Source of the DNA: Cyanophora paradoxa CCMP329
Taxonomy: Eukaryota > Plantae > Glaucophyta
Assembly (NCBI GenBank): GCA_004431415.1
Contig: QPMI01000125.1
Coordinates: 9,428 to 73,427, forward strand
Direction of reading: 5' to 3'
Length of the DNA: 64,000 bases
Translations under genes and position numbers: made by a program
Part shown: piece by piece, positions 50,376 to 62,631 of the stretch
How positions within the stretch are numbered: position 1 is the first letter of the stretch
How the letters are laid out: each line of letters starts with the position of its first letter
Notes under the pieces: model-generated
The model's database searches: none
What the model saw: only the letters and a program-made list of their open reading frames with translations
Told to the model about the DNA's origin: nothing

Positions 50376-50414
50376 TTACCCCGGGGCAGATATTTTTTCG
50401 GATCGTAGAGGAAA

Positions 50415-52555
50415 ATGCCCCGCTTCGTATTCGTGAAAAAGCAGGTGGTGCAGGCTCCGCAGTATGGCGTGGAGCCGATCTCGCTGACTGTGGGCAGGCC
50501 CCAGGTGCGATCGGGCTCCGTGCTCAACAACGGGAACAGTACGTACGGCTTTCAGCTGAACTGGGTCGCGGTCACCAACGCCGTCAAGTACAAGGTGTAC
50601 AGGGCGACCAGCATCAACGGCCCCTGGGATCTCGTGGCCACGGTGAATGCGCCAACCGTCACCTACACGGACTCTCCCTTTAGTTTGGGGGCCCAGCGAC
50701 TCTACCGCGTGGCGGCGGTTCGCGAACAGGGCAGCAGCAGCACGGGCTCTGATGGCAAAGCCCCGCCCACAACCTACGCACAGTCGCTTCTCTACACCCA
50801 CGAGGGTGCCATGAGCAATTACATTCTCTTCCAAGGCATAGGCGGCTTCAGCCCGCAGATCGAAGCCTACACCACGCTCACGACCGCCACGGCCCAGACC
50901 TACGGCGATTTTATTGCCGGGGGCGGCCCCGCGTCTTCGGGCTTCCCGAAACCCGCCATAGTCGTCACAATCAACTGGGTGGCCATGGAGGGCGCGGACT
51001 CGATTCGAATTTACAGGAACGGTACGCCAATCGGATTTGCGAGCAGTGCCCTGTCTACCTCGTACATTGACGATAGCACTGCTCTTACGTGGGGCACGGA
51101 ATACTCTTACCAGGTGGCCGGCATCGTGGGCGGTGTCGAATACGACAAGTCCGATCCGCTCCTGGTCTGGACTATGCCAAACGCCCCACGAACGTGACGG
51201 CATCAGCACCCAACGACCAGCAGCAGCCTGTCAGCCTCAGCTGGACTGCGTCCACGGGAGCGACGGGATACAAGATTTACAGAGACGGGGCCTACCTCAC
51301 AGACTCCGCGACCAACTCCTACAGCGACACGACCACCGTCTGGGGTACAGGGTACGAGTACCAGATCTCCGCGACGAACACGGGAGGGGAGGGGCCGAAG
51401 AGTATTGCGGCGTACGTCACCACGGACCCGGGGGCGCCCACTGGGCTCACTGCAACCCCCGCGGCGGGGGCAGCACAGCCTGTTGTGCTCGAGTGGTCGG
51501 TGCCGGTGACGGGCGTCACCGTCTCCTACAACATCTACAGGGGTGGCGTGTTCCTTGCCAGCGACACGAGCAGCCCCTTTTCGGACACAACGACCGTTTA
51601 CGGAACCACTTACACTTACACCATCAAGGGCGTCAACCAGATCGGCGAGGAAGGCCCTCAGTCCTCGTCTGCCAGTGCAACAACTGCAAACGCTCCTGTT
51701 TTGGGTACATTCTCCTACACCGGGGCCGACCAGACTTTCGTAGTACCAACGGGGACTGTGGCTGTGCGTGTCATCGTATGGGCGGCCGGGGGTGGAGGCG
51801 GAGAACGCGCAGGTACGGGGGTCCGTGGAGGCGCGGGTGCTTGCGTAGTTGGTACATTGGCTGTGTCCTCGGGGGAGACGCTCATCCTTGTTGTTGGATG
51901 CGGCGGCCCAAAGGGTGTATCGGGGACTGCCACTGCTACCGTCTACGGAGGTGGTGGAAGGGGCTGGAGCCATAGCGTCGATCCGGAGTACAAAAACGGC
52001 GCCGGTGGTGGTCGTTCTGCAATTCAGCGCGTTGCAGGGACCGACTTGGTTGTTGCAGGGGCCGGAGGTGGGGGTACATGTGATTCGAATGGCGGCGGGG
52101 GAGTAGGCGGGGGGTTGACCGGTGGTGCGGCTGGGTTGGTTGGAGTAACCGGAGAGATACCGGCTCAAGGAGGCACCCAAACCGCTGGCGGAGCCGGTGT
52201 TGTGGCCTCAGGGGCCAGGCCCAGCAACCCGGGAACTTTGCGCCAAGGTGGAGAGACTGGGCCTGATTCAAGCGGCTACAGGTTCGGTGGTGGTGGTGGT
52301 GGTGGTTACTTCGGTGGAGGCTCTGGGTCCAGCAGGAGCGGAGTGTCAGAGAACCCAATAGCAAGAATGTTTGGAGGTGGCGGTGGCTCGAGCTACATAG
52401 GAAACTTGACGGATGCTACGGTGTATCCTGGGTCCGGCCAGGTGGCAGGAAATAGCGGAGACGCTCACTACGCAGCAGGCATTGGTAGGGGCGGCAACGG
52501 TGGCTCGTCTTTCAGCGACGGTGGCAACGGTCGAATTGTGATACTCGCGGTGTAG
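50415..52555 (+). CDS. Fibronectin type III repeat + glycine-rich domain protein (ORFs 50415-51197 and 51089-52555 joined by a frameshift at ~51186)
   Basis: About four FN3 units (LSWTASTGATGYKIYRDG...YSDTTTVWGTGYEYQISATNTGGEGPKS), then FSYTGADQTFVVPTGTVAVRVIVWAAGGGGG...GGNGRIVI, a phage/virus-type glycine-rich domain. Confidence 0.88.
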
Positions 52556-52575
52556 TTATTCCTAGTTGTTCCAGA

Positions 52576-53634
52576 TCAGCTCGCCAGTGCCGCTACCTGG
52601 TCTTTGAGAGTTTGAACTTCTTGTGAAAGTTCCTGAATTGCCTTCAACGACAGGGAAATGAGCCTGTCGTAGTTTACCCCGAGAAATCCATCCGCGTTCT
52701 CGAAAACGAGACTCGGGAAGACGCCTTGGACTTCCTGTGCGATGAGACCGTAATCCGTTTTCGAACCCCCGAGGATGTGTTCTTCCAGGTGAACGACACG
52801 GGATTCAGCTGCAGCAGAAGAGGGAGAATGCCCGACATGCTCGCGACATTTTCTTTCAGGCGGCTATCGCTCGACGAGTTTGTCAGGTATCCTTGAGCAT
52901 CCGAATAAACGGCTCGGTTTCCATCGCCCGTGAGCGTCGAGACGATGAGCCGACCCGTGATGCCAACGCCGACGGTTCCGCACAGCAGTCGTTCGGTGCC
53001 GTTGTTTCTCAAGGATAGACCAGAGCTGACGCTTCCGCTATCAACGATTGAAGTGTTTGCTATGCTTAGGCCATTAGTAGGGCCTTCGATTGCCGAGGTA
53101 AATAGAGTACCTGTAACACCAACGCCAAGAGTCCCACAGAGGAGTCTATCGTTTTCGTTGTACTTTATAGCTACGCCTGAACCACCGCCATTTATGTACG
53201 GTGACGTTCCGGTAATTTGCAGCTTATCGTCCAATGTAACGATGCCCGCCAAGTTTGAAGCCCCGCTCACCCTAAGCCCCCCACCACGTTTGCTCCGCCT
53301 CCTTGCACATACAGAGCCGCATTCCCCTCCCCGTTCACAGTCCCATTAAAGGTCACCTGATTCGTGGTGTACCCGCTCCCGTCCCAGGCCCCGTTCGTGA
53401 CGGTGAGCCTCTGCGTCCTCACGCGCCCCGGCACGGCCGACCCGCCCTCCCGCGTGCGCATCTTGTCGCAGCGCAGCTCGCCGACGCGGACGAGGTCGGC
53501 CTCGGAAAAGGGGACGGCCGTGGCGTTGTAGGGGCCTCGGTGGCCTGGTTTCCGAGGGTGGTCTCCTTAATCGTGTGATCGCCCTTGTGATTCACGCTGG
53601 CAGCATAGGTAAATAGAGGGACAGCGACCGACAT
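52576..53634 (-). CDS. Fibre/spike protein with C-terminal peptidase S74 intramolecular chaperone (several frameshifts)
   Basis: SSDSRLKENVASMSGILPLLLQLNPVSFTWK...DYGLIAQEVQGVFPSLV...GVNYDRLISLSLKAIQELSQEVQTLK is the typical S74/ICA motif set. There are two internal repeats (ENDRLLCGTLGVGVTG / GTERLLCGTVGVGITG). Confidence 0.9.
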
Positions 53635-53658
53635 TTTTGGATTGCATCAGAAAATCGA

Positions 53659-56600
53659 TTACATAAGCAGCTTGCCGATCGCGGTCCAATGAATAAAAAG
53701 CTGGACAATTTGGGTGGGCGTGACCGTCATTCTGGGTTGGAATCTCACTTTAACTGTAAAGCCAGTGTGACTCACCGCCGTGACGTTGGCCCCGTAGAAA
53801 TCGACATCCGTGCTGCCGCCGGGATTGATGTCGAACGAGGGGGTTACGTTAATAACCGGCGTTGGGTTTGCTGGGGTCCCCAGTCCGCCTCCAGTGTCGT
53901 ACGCCTGTCCGAATGTAATGTTGAACGTCACCGTGTATGTTGAATTGATGTTAAACTCCGTGTACGCAGCGTAGGAGTGGAAGGACGTGCCGTGCGTTAT
54001 GTACGCATCCATGTTCACGTTTCTGTGCCCGTGGCTGGTGAGCGAGTACTCTGTGTGACTGTGCGTAGAGGGTGGGAAGGAAGTGGGTCGGTCGATGACA
54101 TTATCCCAGTACACATTGTGACTGTGTGTAGAGGGGGGAAGGTAAGTGGCTTGCCCGTTACGTTGTCCCAATCCACGGAGATGTTCGTCAAGTCCGGGGC
54201 CGTCCAGTCGCTGATCTGAGAGATGGTGTGCTGGTGGTCTGCGTGGGGATACGTACTCGGCTTCCCGTGATGCTATCCCACGCCCACGTTGTTGGTATCA
54301 CGGGTATCGTCGGCCTCCCGCTGAGATCTGCATACGCCCCCGTGTGTGCCACCGTCGCCAGCTGCGGCACGGCAACGCCCACGGTGCTCACGGCCTGGCT
54401 CGCCCCCGGCGCCATGTGCCACTCGTAGTTCTGCGATGCAAACACGGGCTGGCCTGGCTCGGGCGCCCAGTACTCGATGCCTTTGGCGATCTTCTTGGTG
54501 TATGGTGCTGCAGGCCTGTCAACCAATTTATCGACGTAGGCCTTGGGTACCAGCCAGTTTGCCTTGGGGCTCTGCGAATTGATCCCGTTGTCTATGAAGG
54601 CCCCGTAATTCCTGAAGGCCTCGGCCTCCCACCAATCCTGCATGCGGAAGGTCCCGGGAATCTCGAGGCGCGAGTTGGCGTCCGCCAGGCGGGCCACCTG
54701 CGCCCCTCCGTTCGACGAGACGCCCGAGTGACGGATGGCCGAGCCGAATTCGCGCCTTAGGGCTTCGATGTGATTGATCCTGTTGAGGCCCTCCTGGTAG
54801 ACGGCAATTAAGACGCGCTTCCGCCCCTTGGTCTCCTCCTTTATCATCTGCTTCAGGTCGCGCATAAGTCGACTCAGGGCGAGCGAAGTCGACCCGAAGC
54901 CCTCCTGCATTTTAACGGTGAGCTGGGAGAGGAAGAGCACGGTCGCGCGATCGATTTCGAGCAGGGTCTTCTGGTCCTTGGGGGTACGGTAATCGTTGAT
55001 GCTGTTGTCGAGCGCGCGAATGAAGGCCTGCAGCTCCTTCGGCTCCTTGATTTCGTTTAACCGCAGCTCCTGGGCCAAGAGCGAGGCCATTTCGCGCGCC
55101 TCCGAGGGGTCGTACACACCCAAAAATCCGGAGCCCAGCTCGCCCTCCAGCCGATTAATTCGGTTGCGCAGCTGGCTCGCCTCGTCGCCCCACGTCTCGA
55201 CGCCCCAGTCGTAGATCTGTTGCGAGAGCTCCGCGATGAACTGTATGGTGTCGGTCGCCCAGTCGACGGGGTACTTGAAAAAGTTCTTCACGATTTCTTC
55301 CGCGCTGCGCCCGTTGATGATATCCACGATCACCTGCGCGATGGCGCCCGCGAGGATGGACAGGCCAAGTCCGCCCACCGTGCCGATCCTCATTTTCGTG
55401 AGGGCGCTCAGGGCGGACGACATGCCCGTCTGAAGGCCAAAAGAGCCGACCGTCATGATCATCTGATCGCGGAACGTATCGAAGAACTCGGCCTCCCCTA
55501 TCTTGCCCTGCGAGAGCGCCTGGTAGGCCGAGAGCAGGCCGCCCGCCGTCGCCAGCCCAAGGCCGGCCGCCGCCGCGCCCGCCCGCCGCATGGCCCGCGA
55601 GCCCGTACCCCCCAGCCCGGCGCCCACCAAGTCGATGCCCGCCCCCTGAAATAAATCGGCTGCCCCGAAAGACATGCCGTCGTTGTTCGCCGTACCCATC
55701 GCGGAGAAGAGGGTCTCTGCGCTGAAGGCCTCCTTGGCCACCCCGGGCCGCCTGGCCCTCGGGCGCCCCAGGAAGGCGTCGCGCTGCTCTTTGGTGGTGA
55801 ATCGCTCGAGGTCGAAATCGGCAAGGGCGTCGGCGGTGGCGCGGTTCCAGTCGCCGTAGGGCATGAGGGCGTTGCGCAGAATAACGTCCGAGTCGCCCAT
55901 CACGCGCCTGTCGAGCGTCTGAAATACGCCCTCGGAGGGCAGGCGAGCCGTGCCCGGGCGCATTTCCTCTACGGAAACGTCGTCCCTTTCCGCGAGGGTG
56001 ATGTCGTCCGGGCTGGCCGAGCCCACGCCCGCGCCCTCGTCGGCGTAGGCCCTTCCCCTCCTTTTTAACAGTTGATTGGCCTCCCGTTTCAATGCTTGGT
56101 ACTCTGTCTCTACCTTGGTCTTTCTTGCCTCTTCCTCTGCCGCCTTGCGCTCTGCGATCTTCCGCCTCTGCTCTTCTATCTCGGCGTTGCGTCTCGCCGC
56201 GTTCTCCTTGGCTTGCTGCTTCCGCTCTTCGATCACCCTGTTTGCGTACTCCTTGTCCGCTTGGGCCTTTCTGTAGCGCTCCTCGATCTGACTCTTGGCC
56301 TCGTCTCCTCTCTTCCTTAGATCGCCCATGAATGCCGTCGTATCTATGTGAATCTTGTATTTGGCGGGTGGGTGCTCACGTTTGAAGGCCTCCAGATCGC
56401 GCACCATGGCATCGTACTGCGCGAGCCCCTCCGCTGGAATGATGGCTCTTCGCATTTCCCAAAATTTGCTCAGCTTGCCCACGTAATCGACCATGGAGAG
56501 GTACGCGCTCTGTGCGCCCGCGCTCACCGTTTTCGGATTGGCTCGCAGCTCTGCCAAAAACTCCCCCTTTTGTATCCGGTACAGTGACCATTCGAGGGCT

Positions 56601-58760
56601 CCCCGCCACAGGCTCGCTTCCGTCCGCAGTTCTCTGTGCATCTCCTCCACGTCGCCGTATGCTATCCAGATGGCATCGCTGATGGGCCTCTGAACAGCCT
56701 GACGCTCAAAGTTTTTCCACTTCTCATCGGCCATCTTTCTCCTCAGTTCTTCGGCGTCTTTCTGACCCCTTCCCGTCAGCTGATCCATAACGTAGCTAAA
56801 GTCGCGCATGTTCTCTTCCATGGCGCGGAGCCTGTCCCCCGATGCATTTCCTTCTTTCAGTCTTTTGAGCTCCGAGCGGTAAAAATCCATCTGCGCCCCC
56901 CTGAACGTCTCCAGTCGTCGCTTACGCTCCGCTACCTTCGGCTCCTCCAGCCGTGCAAATTCCTCGTCTGATGCAGTTTGCATTGCCTTCAGTCGTTCCT
57001 CTTCTGTCTTGGCAGCTGCCTCCTCGTCCGCCCTGCGCCGCTGCTCTAACGCGTCGAAGAGGGCCCTCTGATCCTCGAGCGTGAGGCCAATGAGCTCTTC
57101 CACCTGGTCGCTCCTACCCAGCCGCGCGAAGGGCAGCCTCTCGGCGGCCGGCCTTGGATCGGGCCTTGGCGTCGTCTGCGTCTCCATTGTGCCCCTTGGC
57201 ACAGCCGTCCCTATCCTCTGCAGCTCGGCCGTCAGCGTTTTCACTTGCTGCTCTAGGTTGAATCGTATGGTGGATGCGAGCCCCTCTGCCTTCTGCCTCT
57301 CCTGTTCTCGCAGTTCGAGCTGCCTTAAATCCTCCTTTGCTTTTCTGGCTTGCTCCTCCGCTGCCTTTCGCTCATCGTCCAGCATCTTTGTGCCCTCTTC
57401 GACCTCGTTTGCTATGTTGACCTTGTTTGCTATTTCCATGTCCAGTTTCTCCAGCTCGGTCCTTGCCTGCTCCTTTGCCTCCCTTATCGCGTTTTCCACG
57501 ATCCTATCGGCCTCTCTCTTCCGGATCTCGGCTTTCTCCTCGGCCTCCAGGGATTTCTCAATTCTATCGCTCGCCTCTTTCAAATCGTCCGCTATCTTTT
57601 CTCGGCCGCTGTCCTCATTTCGTTAAATTGCCGCTCCCTTGTCTTCAGCTCCTCTGCCAGTATTCTCACCTGCTCGTCTGAGTAAACGATCGTTTTGTTA
57701 TCTTTCTGCAGCTCTGCAATGTCCCTTTCGTACGCCTTCCGATCCCTGTAGTACTTTGCACCGCCTGCAATCAGGGCCGCGCCGAAGATTCCCGTTGTTG
57801 TACCAAGGATCGGCACGAGCGTACCCCCTCCGCCGCTCTCTCCGCCCGAGCCGCCGCCACCCGAGCCGCTGCTACCCCGCCCCCTCCACGGGCGTGCCAC
57901 TGGAGCCCCCTCCGCCCCCGTGCCTGTACCCCCACCCCGGTGCCTGTACCCCACCCCGGTGCCTGTACCCCCACCTCCCGTGCTTCCGCCGCCCGTACCC
58001 CCACCCGGAATCGCGCCCGGCACCTTGGGCCCGCCGATGATGTCGTCGTACAGGTGGCGGTGCGCCCAGTCCGTGATGTCGGCCTTCACATGCGGGTGCT
58101 TGACGAGGGCGTACCTCTCGTCGTGGAAGTGGTCCTTCAGCGCCCAGTTCTGCGTCTTCGCCCAGTCTGAGCGATCGGGGAGCACGTCGGGTGCCGTTGG
58201 GATGCGGCCCCCGCCCGTCGTCTCCGGCGTCTCGCCCGTCCTGTCGGCGCTCAGGGCGCGGATGTTCACCTTGAAGTGGTCGAACCACGCGAAAAACTCC
58301 TCCCTGTCGCGCCTGTACTGCTCGGGCTCCATGCTCGGCAGCGCCTGGCGGCTCCAGTAGATGTGGCGCAGGGGCCCGCGATGCGCTCGAGTGCGTTGTA
58401 CCCGGGCCTCACGTCCCCCTCTGCGCCCTTTAGAGTCAGTTTCACGAGGTTCAGGGTGGCGTCTTTCGCTGTAACGGAGTTTGCGATTTTCACGTCGGCC
58501 GCCCTCTTAATAATGTTCCAGTCCACGCCCGTCTCGGTCGTGACGCCCCAGAGCCCCTTGATAATTGCGGTGAGGTCACCGTAATCGTCCAAGGTACCGA
58601 CGGACGTCAGGAAATCGCTGTAGGTCGCGCCCTTGCGCAGCCTTATCTCGTCCGCGTAAATTCCCCTCACGCTCAGGCTCCCGTCTATCGCGAAGGCGCC
58701 GTTCAGCACCTCGTCCGGATTCGGGATGGCCATGCGCCAGGGGTCGTCGAGCATCGACAT
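53659..58760 (-). CDS. Very large (~1700 aa when rejoined) coiled-coil / fibre-like protein with tail-repeat and H-type-lectin-like C-terminus
   Basis: Abutting ORFs 58266-58760, 57592-58332, 54188-57583 and 53659-54171 can be linked by single-base indels. Features: long EKR-rich coiled coil, Gly/Ala hydrophobic segments, WDSITGKP / WDNVTGKP / WDNVIDRP..STHSH repeats, and a terminal VTF...PVINVT...VTAVSHTGFTV...IHWTAIG. Confidence 0.8.
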
Positions 58761-58784
58761 TTTATCCGCGAGAGAGAAAAATTA

Positions 58785-59259
58785 ACTAATGCTCCGCGTC
58801 CCACGTCCACTTCAGCTTGCCGCTCACCTCGCCCGTTGTCCAACGGCCCACGGGCACCTGCCAGAAAACGTCGGCGTAGGGGTAATCGGCCTGATAGTGA
58901 TCTGCTCGTCACGCAGCCAGCGGTAGGCCTCGGAGGCGTCGCGTATTTTCGGCTCCCAGTATTCCCCGCCCGTGCCGTTCGGCAGCGAGTACCCCTCCCT
59001 TGCTACCCGTACCCTGTAAACGTGCTCGCCCGTTAGCGTGTCTACCCCCTGTACTCGAATTCTACGATTAAGGCCAAGTCCTGCCATGCGCTCTCGCCGA
59101 GACGGATGTGACTGAGGCTGTGCAGCAGCCCGTATTTAATTGGACCAGAGGCGGTTACAAGATCGACTCTGTAAGTGAGGGGCGAGGGGTAGCCAGGCAC
59201 GCCCGTAAAGGTGCGCGTCTTGACGCCCGAGCCCTTTCGCGGAATATGATCAGGCGCAT
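58785..59259 (-). CDS. Viral hypothetical protein (frameshifted)
   Basis: ATG at 59259 with the shared upstream motif. Fragments GVKTRTFTGVPGYPSPLTYRVDLV... and VDTLTGEHVYRVRVAREGY... lie in adjacent frames. Confidence 0.6.
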
Positions 59260-59280
59260 TTAAGGGGGGCCTGCGAAAAT

Positions 59281-59730
59281 CTATTTCGCAAAGGCCCAGA
59301 GGCCGAAGTTCTTGACGATGAAGGCGTTGTTCTTCTTGGTGGCGCCCGTGATGTCGGTGAAGCGCACGCGCAGCTCCTGGAACTTGTCGTACGCGACGTA
59401 GTTCGGGCGCACGGCCATGGGCACCTCGAACCAGTAGAGGATGGTGTTCTCGAGGCCGTCGTGGCCCCACGTCGGGATCACGACCTTGTTGATGCACGTG
59501 TTGACGTTCGAGATGGTCGTGACGTTCAAGTCGGGCACGTCCATCAGCAGAACGTTGACGGTTTTCGCGGCGGTGGGGTCCGGAATCGCGGTCGTGTCCA
59601 GCTCCAGGTAGACGCCCTTGATCTGCAGCGTGTCGATGTCGGCGGGGATCTGGTTCAGCCTGAGGCGCCAGAAGCCCTCGGAATCCTGCGTCTCTCCGTT
59701 CGACTGGACGTAGAGGTTGACGCAGGACAT
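59281..59730 (-). CDS. Putative minor capsid / penton-like single jelly-roll protein (149 aa)
   Basis: N-terminal VNLYVQS...FWRLRL...IDTLQIKGVYLE and C-terminal FQELRVRFTDITG...FGLW follow the strand pattern I associate with polinton/PLV/virophage pentons. This is pattern recognition only. Confidence 0.55.
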   Translation of the reverse strand: MSCVNLYVQSNGETQDSEGFWRLRLNQIPADIDTLQIKGVYLELDTTAIPDPTAAKTVNVLLMDVPDLNVTTISNVNTCINKVVIPTWGHDGLENTILYWFEVPMAVRPNYVAYDKFQELRVRFTDITGATKKNNAFIVKNFGLWAFAK

Positions 59731-59752
59731 TATTTAGGAAGGGGCCTGAGAA

Positions 59753-59940
59753 ATTATGCCTTCCTCAGGCCGTTGAGGAGGTAGGGCCCACGAAGTAGTA
59801 GCCCGCGAACTGCGCGGCGAGGATCCGCACGAGGTAGTAGCGCGCGGGCGACATGTAGGCGACCGCGCCGAGGGTCAGCAGGCTGCCCAGGTAGCGGAAT
59901 CGCTGGTGATATCATCGAGGCTCGGGAGCATGGACGACAT
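59753..59940 (-). CDS. Small hydrophobic (membrane) viral protein, frameshifted
   Basis: MSSMLPSLDDI.. joined to RFRYLGSLLTLGAVAYMSPARYYLVRILAAQFAGYYFVGPYLLNGLRKA-stop. Confidence 0.55.
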
Positions 59941-59962
59941 TGTTAAGGGCCCATTCAGAAAT

Positions 59963-60317
59963 TTACTTGGGCATGAAGAAATTCCTGACGCGCTCTCCCT
60001 CCTCGTGCAGCGCCCACTGCAGCCGGTCGATGACGGCGGCCATCACGGGCGGGCTCGCGCGGGGTTCTTCGCGTACGCCCGGGCGTCCTCTGCCATCTGG
60101 GGTGGTACTGCTCGACGCGCTTGGCGTAGCTCGCGATGGCGCGGCGGGTGCACCGATCCAGGTCAGCCGCCATTTCCGCCGGTGCCTTCGGCTGCTGCTG
60201 CTTCTTTCGCGCGTAAGTCCTAAGAAGCCAAGGGTAGGCCGCGGTGCTGCTGCTGGAGTTGCTGGGCGCTGGAGCCTCTGCGCTGGGGGCTGGTGTCGCG
60301 GGAGTCTCCATTCCCAT
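59963..60317 (-). CDS. Viral hypothetical protein, frameshifted
   Basis: MGMETPATPAP...AIASYAKRVEQYHP.. followed by VMAAVIDRLQWALHEEGERVRNFFMPK-stop. Confidence 0.55.
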
Positions 60318-60322
60318 GTTCT

Positions 60323-60589
60323 CTAGAAAAAAACGGGTACCGGTTTGCGTCATCTGAATGTCGACGTGGTGCGGCCCTATGTTCTGCGTGCTCTCGCGCC
60401 TCTGCTGCTCCGGTGGGGGTTCGGGCTCGGGCTGTCCGCGGCGGACGACCCTAAGGGCCGCCGCCTTCAGGGCGCCCAGCACTGTGTTGGGGCCGACGCG
60501 CTCCGTGCCGCCCAGCAGCTCCGAGACCAGGAAGAGCGCGCCGCAGACGACGGTGATGATGTCCGAGTGGGTGCATTCCCCTGGAACAT
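60323..60589 (-). CDS. Small single-TM viral protein, frameshifted
   Basis: MFQ.. joined to SDIITVVCGALFLVSELLGGTERVGPNTVLGALKAAAL. The shared upstream motif is present. Confidence 0.55.
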
Positions 60590-60614
60590 TTTCGCGGGCC
60601 CGTCAGATTTATTA

Positions 60615-61630
60615 TCCGCTACCCTTCCCCTTCCGCGCCCCTTGCCTTTGCCGCGCCCTCGGCCCTGGCCCTCAGGTCGCCGATTTCCGCGGCCTGCGGC
60701 GCGAAGCGGGGATCGTCCGCCTGGCCGGCGTCCGCCTGGAAAATCGTGAAGAGGTACCCGTCCGTGTTGTTGTCGGTGTTGTTCGTGTTTCGCGCGTGCG
60801 ACCACTCTTTCAGTAAATCGCGCTCTGCTTGTCGGCAGCGTCTTTGAGAGTACTCCTGCAGCTTGCTCGCGTAATTTTCCTCTGGGATCAGCGACGCAAG
60901 GACGTGGGCGGATCTTTCCCCATGCCTATCTTCTCTTCCGTCAGCATGCGCTCGAGCTCTGCGATTTCCACCATCGTATCGATGCTCGGTTGAGGCCCTG
61001 CCTCTGCCTCTTCTGGTCTACGAGGCGCTGCCCGCCGCCGTGAATTTCGCGGACAGAATTTGGTGCAGCCGCTCGTACACCGTCGTGGTGCTCGGCTCCT
61101 TCTCCTTCAGCAGCACCACCCAGTCGTAATTCGCCCACAGCACCTGCAAATTCGATATGTGATCGATCGTCACCAGCACGTGGGCGTGCAGCGCGCCGTC
61201 CGTCGGCCCCACCTCCACGCCCCTTGCACGCGATTCCGATGATTGCGTTGCGTACGTGTCGTCCTTGTACTTGCCGTTCTCTTCTTCATATTGAAGCGTA
61301 TGAACTTGTAGAATTCTGCATCCGAGAGCACCTCTGCGAGGCTGTCGCGCAGCGCCGCCGCCTCGAATTCTCGCGCCTCTCCCAGGCGCTTGTGGGTGTT
61401 GAAGAGCACCAGTAGCGCGACTGGCGCGCCTGTCGTATGTCGTACCGCGTGCTTCCGTCGGGATTCTTTTTGTTGAGGATGAAGACCGACCGCCCCGTCT
61501 CGCTGATTTCCGTGATCACCTTCTCGAGCGCCTCCAGCCGTTTGCCTGCGCCGCCTGCAGTCCCGTTTCGCCTTCTCTATGTCTGCTTTACCTCTTGCGC
61601 GTCCGCGAAGGTTGCCATTAAATCTTCCAT
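60615..61630 (-). CDS. HUH-superfamily endonuclease, paralog 2 (multiple frameshifts; 3' end uncertain, 60810 or ~60615)
   Basis: Motif I-like SRY(L)VLFNTHK, motif II GVEVGPTDGALHAHVLVTIDH, motif III-like LIPEENYASKLQEY..K. Confidence 0.75.
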
Positions 61631-61681
61631 GCTCGGCGCCACGATTTTCGCCTTTCTGATTTTCGACTGCGCAGAGTTGGC

Positions 61682-62600
61682 TCGATGACGGACGATCCGA
61701 AGTCAGCGGCCGTATCCTTTGCCTTTTTCGTGGTCTTTGGTTCGGCCCGCCGAGCACGCTCTCGACCATGTGGTCGCGCGTCTGCTTGGAGACGGTGGCC
61801 GTGTCGCCCCTCTTTCGCCTCTGCAGCCCAAGATCACGAGCAGGCCCTTGTTGCCGAGCAGCGTGACGCACTTCTGCAGAGCCACGAGTTTCTGGGCGAC
61901 ACCGTGGGCACCTGCGCCGGCTTCTTGTCCTTGATGAGGGGGTACGGCTCCTGGCCCTTTTTCTTTCCTTGCCGTTTTGCTTGGCGCCCACGCGTTTGCC
62001 TTCTCTATGACCGCGACGTACTCTTCGTACACGCATCCTTCCTCGCCTGCGCTGCTCCCTCGCGGCGATTTTCTCTGGCGTGTTGGCCCCTTGGCGCTCG
62101 GCACGGGCGTGGCTCGTACATGAGGCGAGGCAGCGGTAGCAGATTGCGGATTTCTGCGCGCTCTGGTACGTGCGCGTATGGCGCGCAGTCGCTCCTCGGG
62201 GAGTTTATCGTACTCGATTTCGCTGTGGATGCTCCAGAGGGTCGCGGCTCGTGGTATGATTTCATCGAGCAGCATTGGAGCATCTTGAACTTCTTTTCGG
62301 TGCCCGAAGCTTGATGTAATCGCATATGCCTCTTCTGCTGCTGGACATATGCCGTCCTCGCCCTGAACCAGCACGTATCGCTTCGGAATCTCAACGACGG
62401 GCGTCTCGAGCTCGTCCACCCGGTATGCGGCGCGTTTCCTTGCCTTCCCTTTCCCTTCCCCTTGCCTTGCCCTCCGCTTAGGCTCCGGCTCCTCTCTCTC
62501 CTCCTCTTTCCTCCGACTCGGGACGGGGACGTGGGCTCCTCTTCCTCTGACTCGCTCGAGCTCTCTGGCTTCTTCTTGCGGCCTCGGGCTTCGGAGGCAT
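61682..62600 (-). CDS. Viral hypothetical protein with basic/acidic N-terminus (frameshifted)
   Basis: ATG at 62600 with the shared upstream motif. Reads MPPKP(R)GRKKKPESSSESEEEE...AAYRVDELETPVVEIPKRYVLV. Confidence 0.6.
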
Positions 62601-62631
62601 TTATTGGACACGAGAAAAATTTACACGAGCT

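Noticed and set aside
50415-58760. Bacterial prophage tail operon or contaminant
   Set aside because: There are no Shine-Dalgarno motifs, starts have an A-rich eukaryotic-virus-like context, and no terminase, portal or baseplate genes are seen. Penton-like and VLTF3-like candidates are present. Not fully excluded without junction reads.
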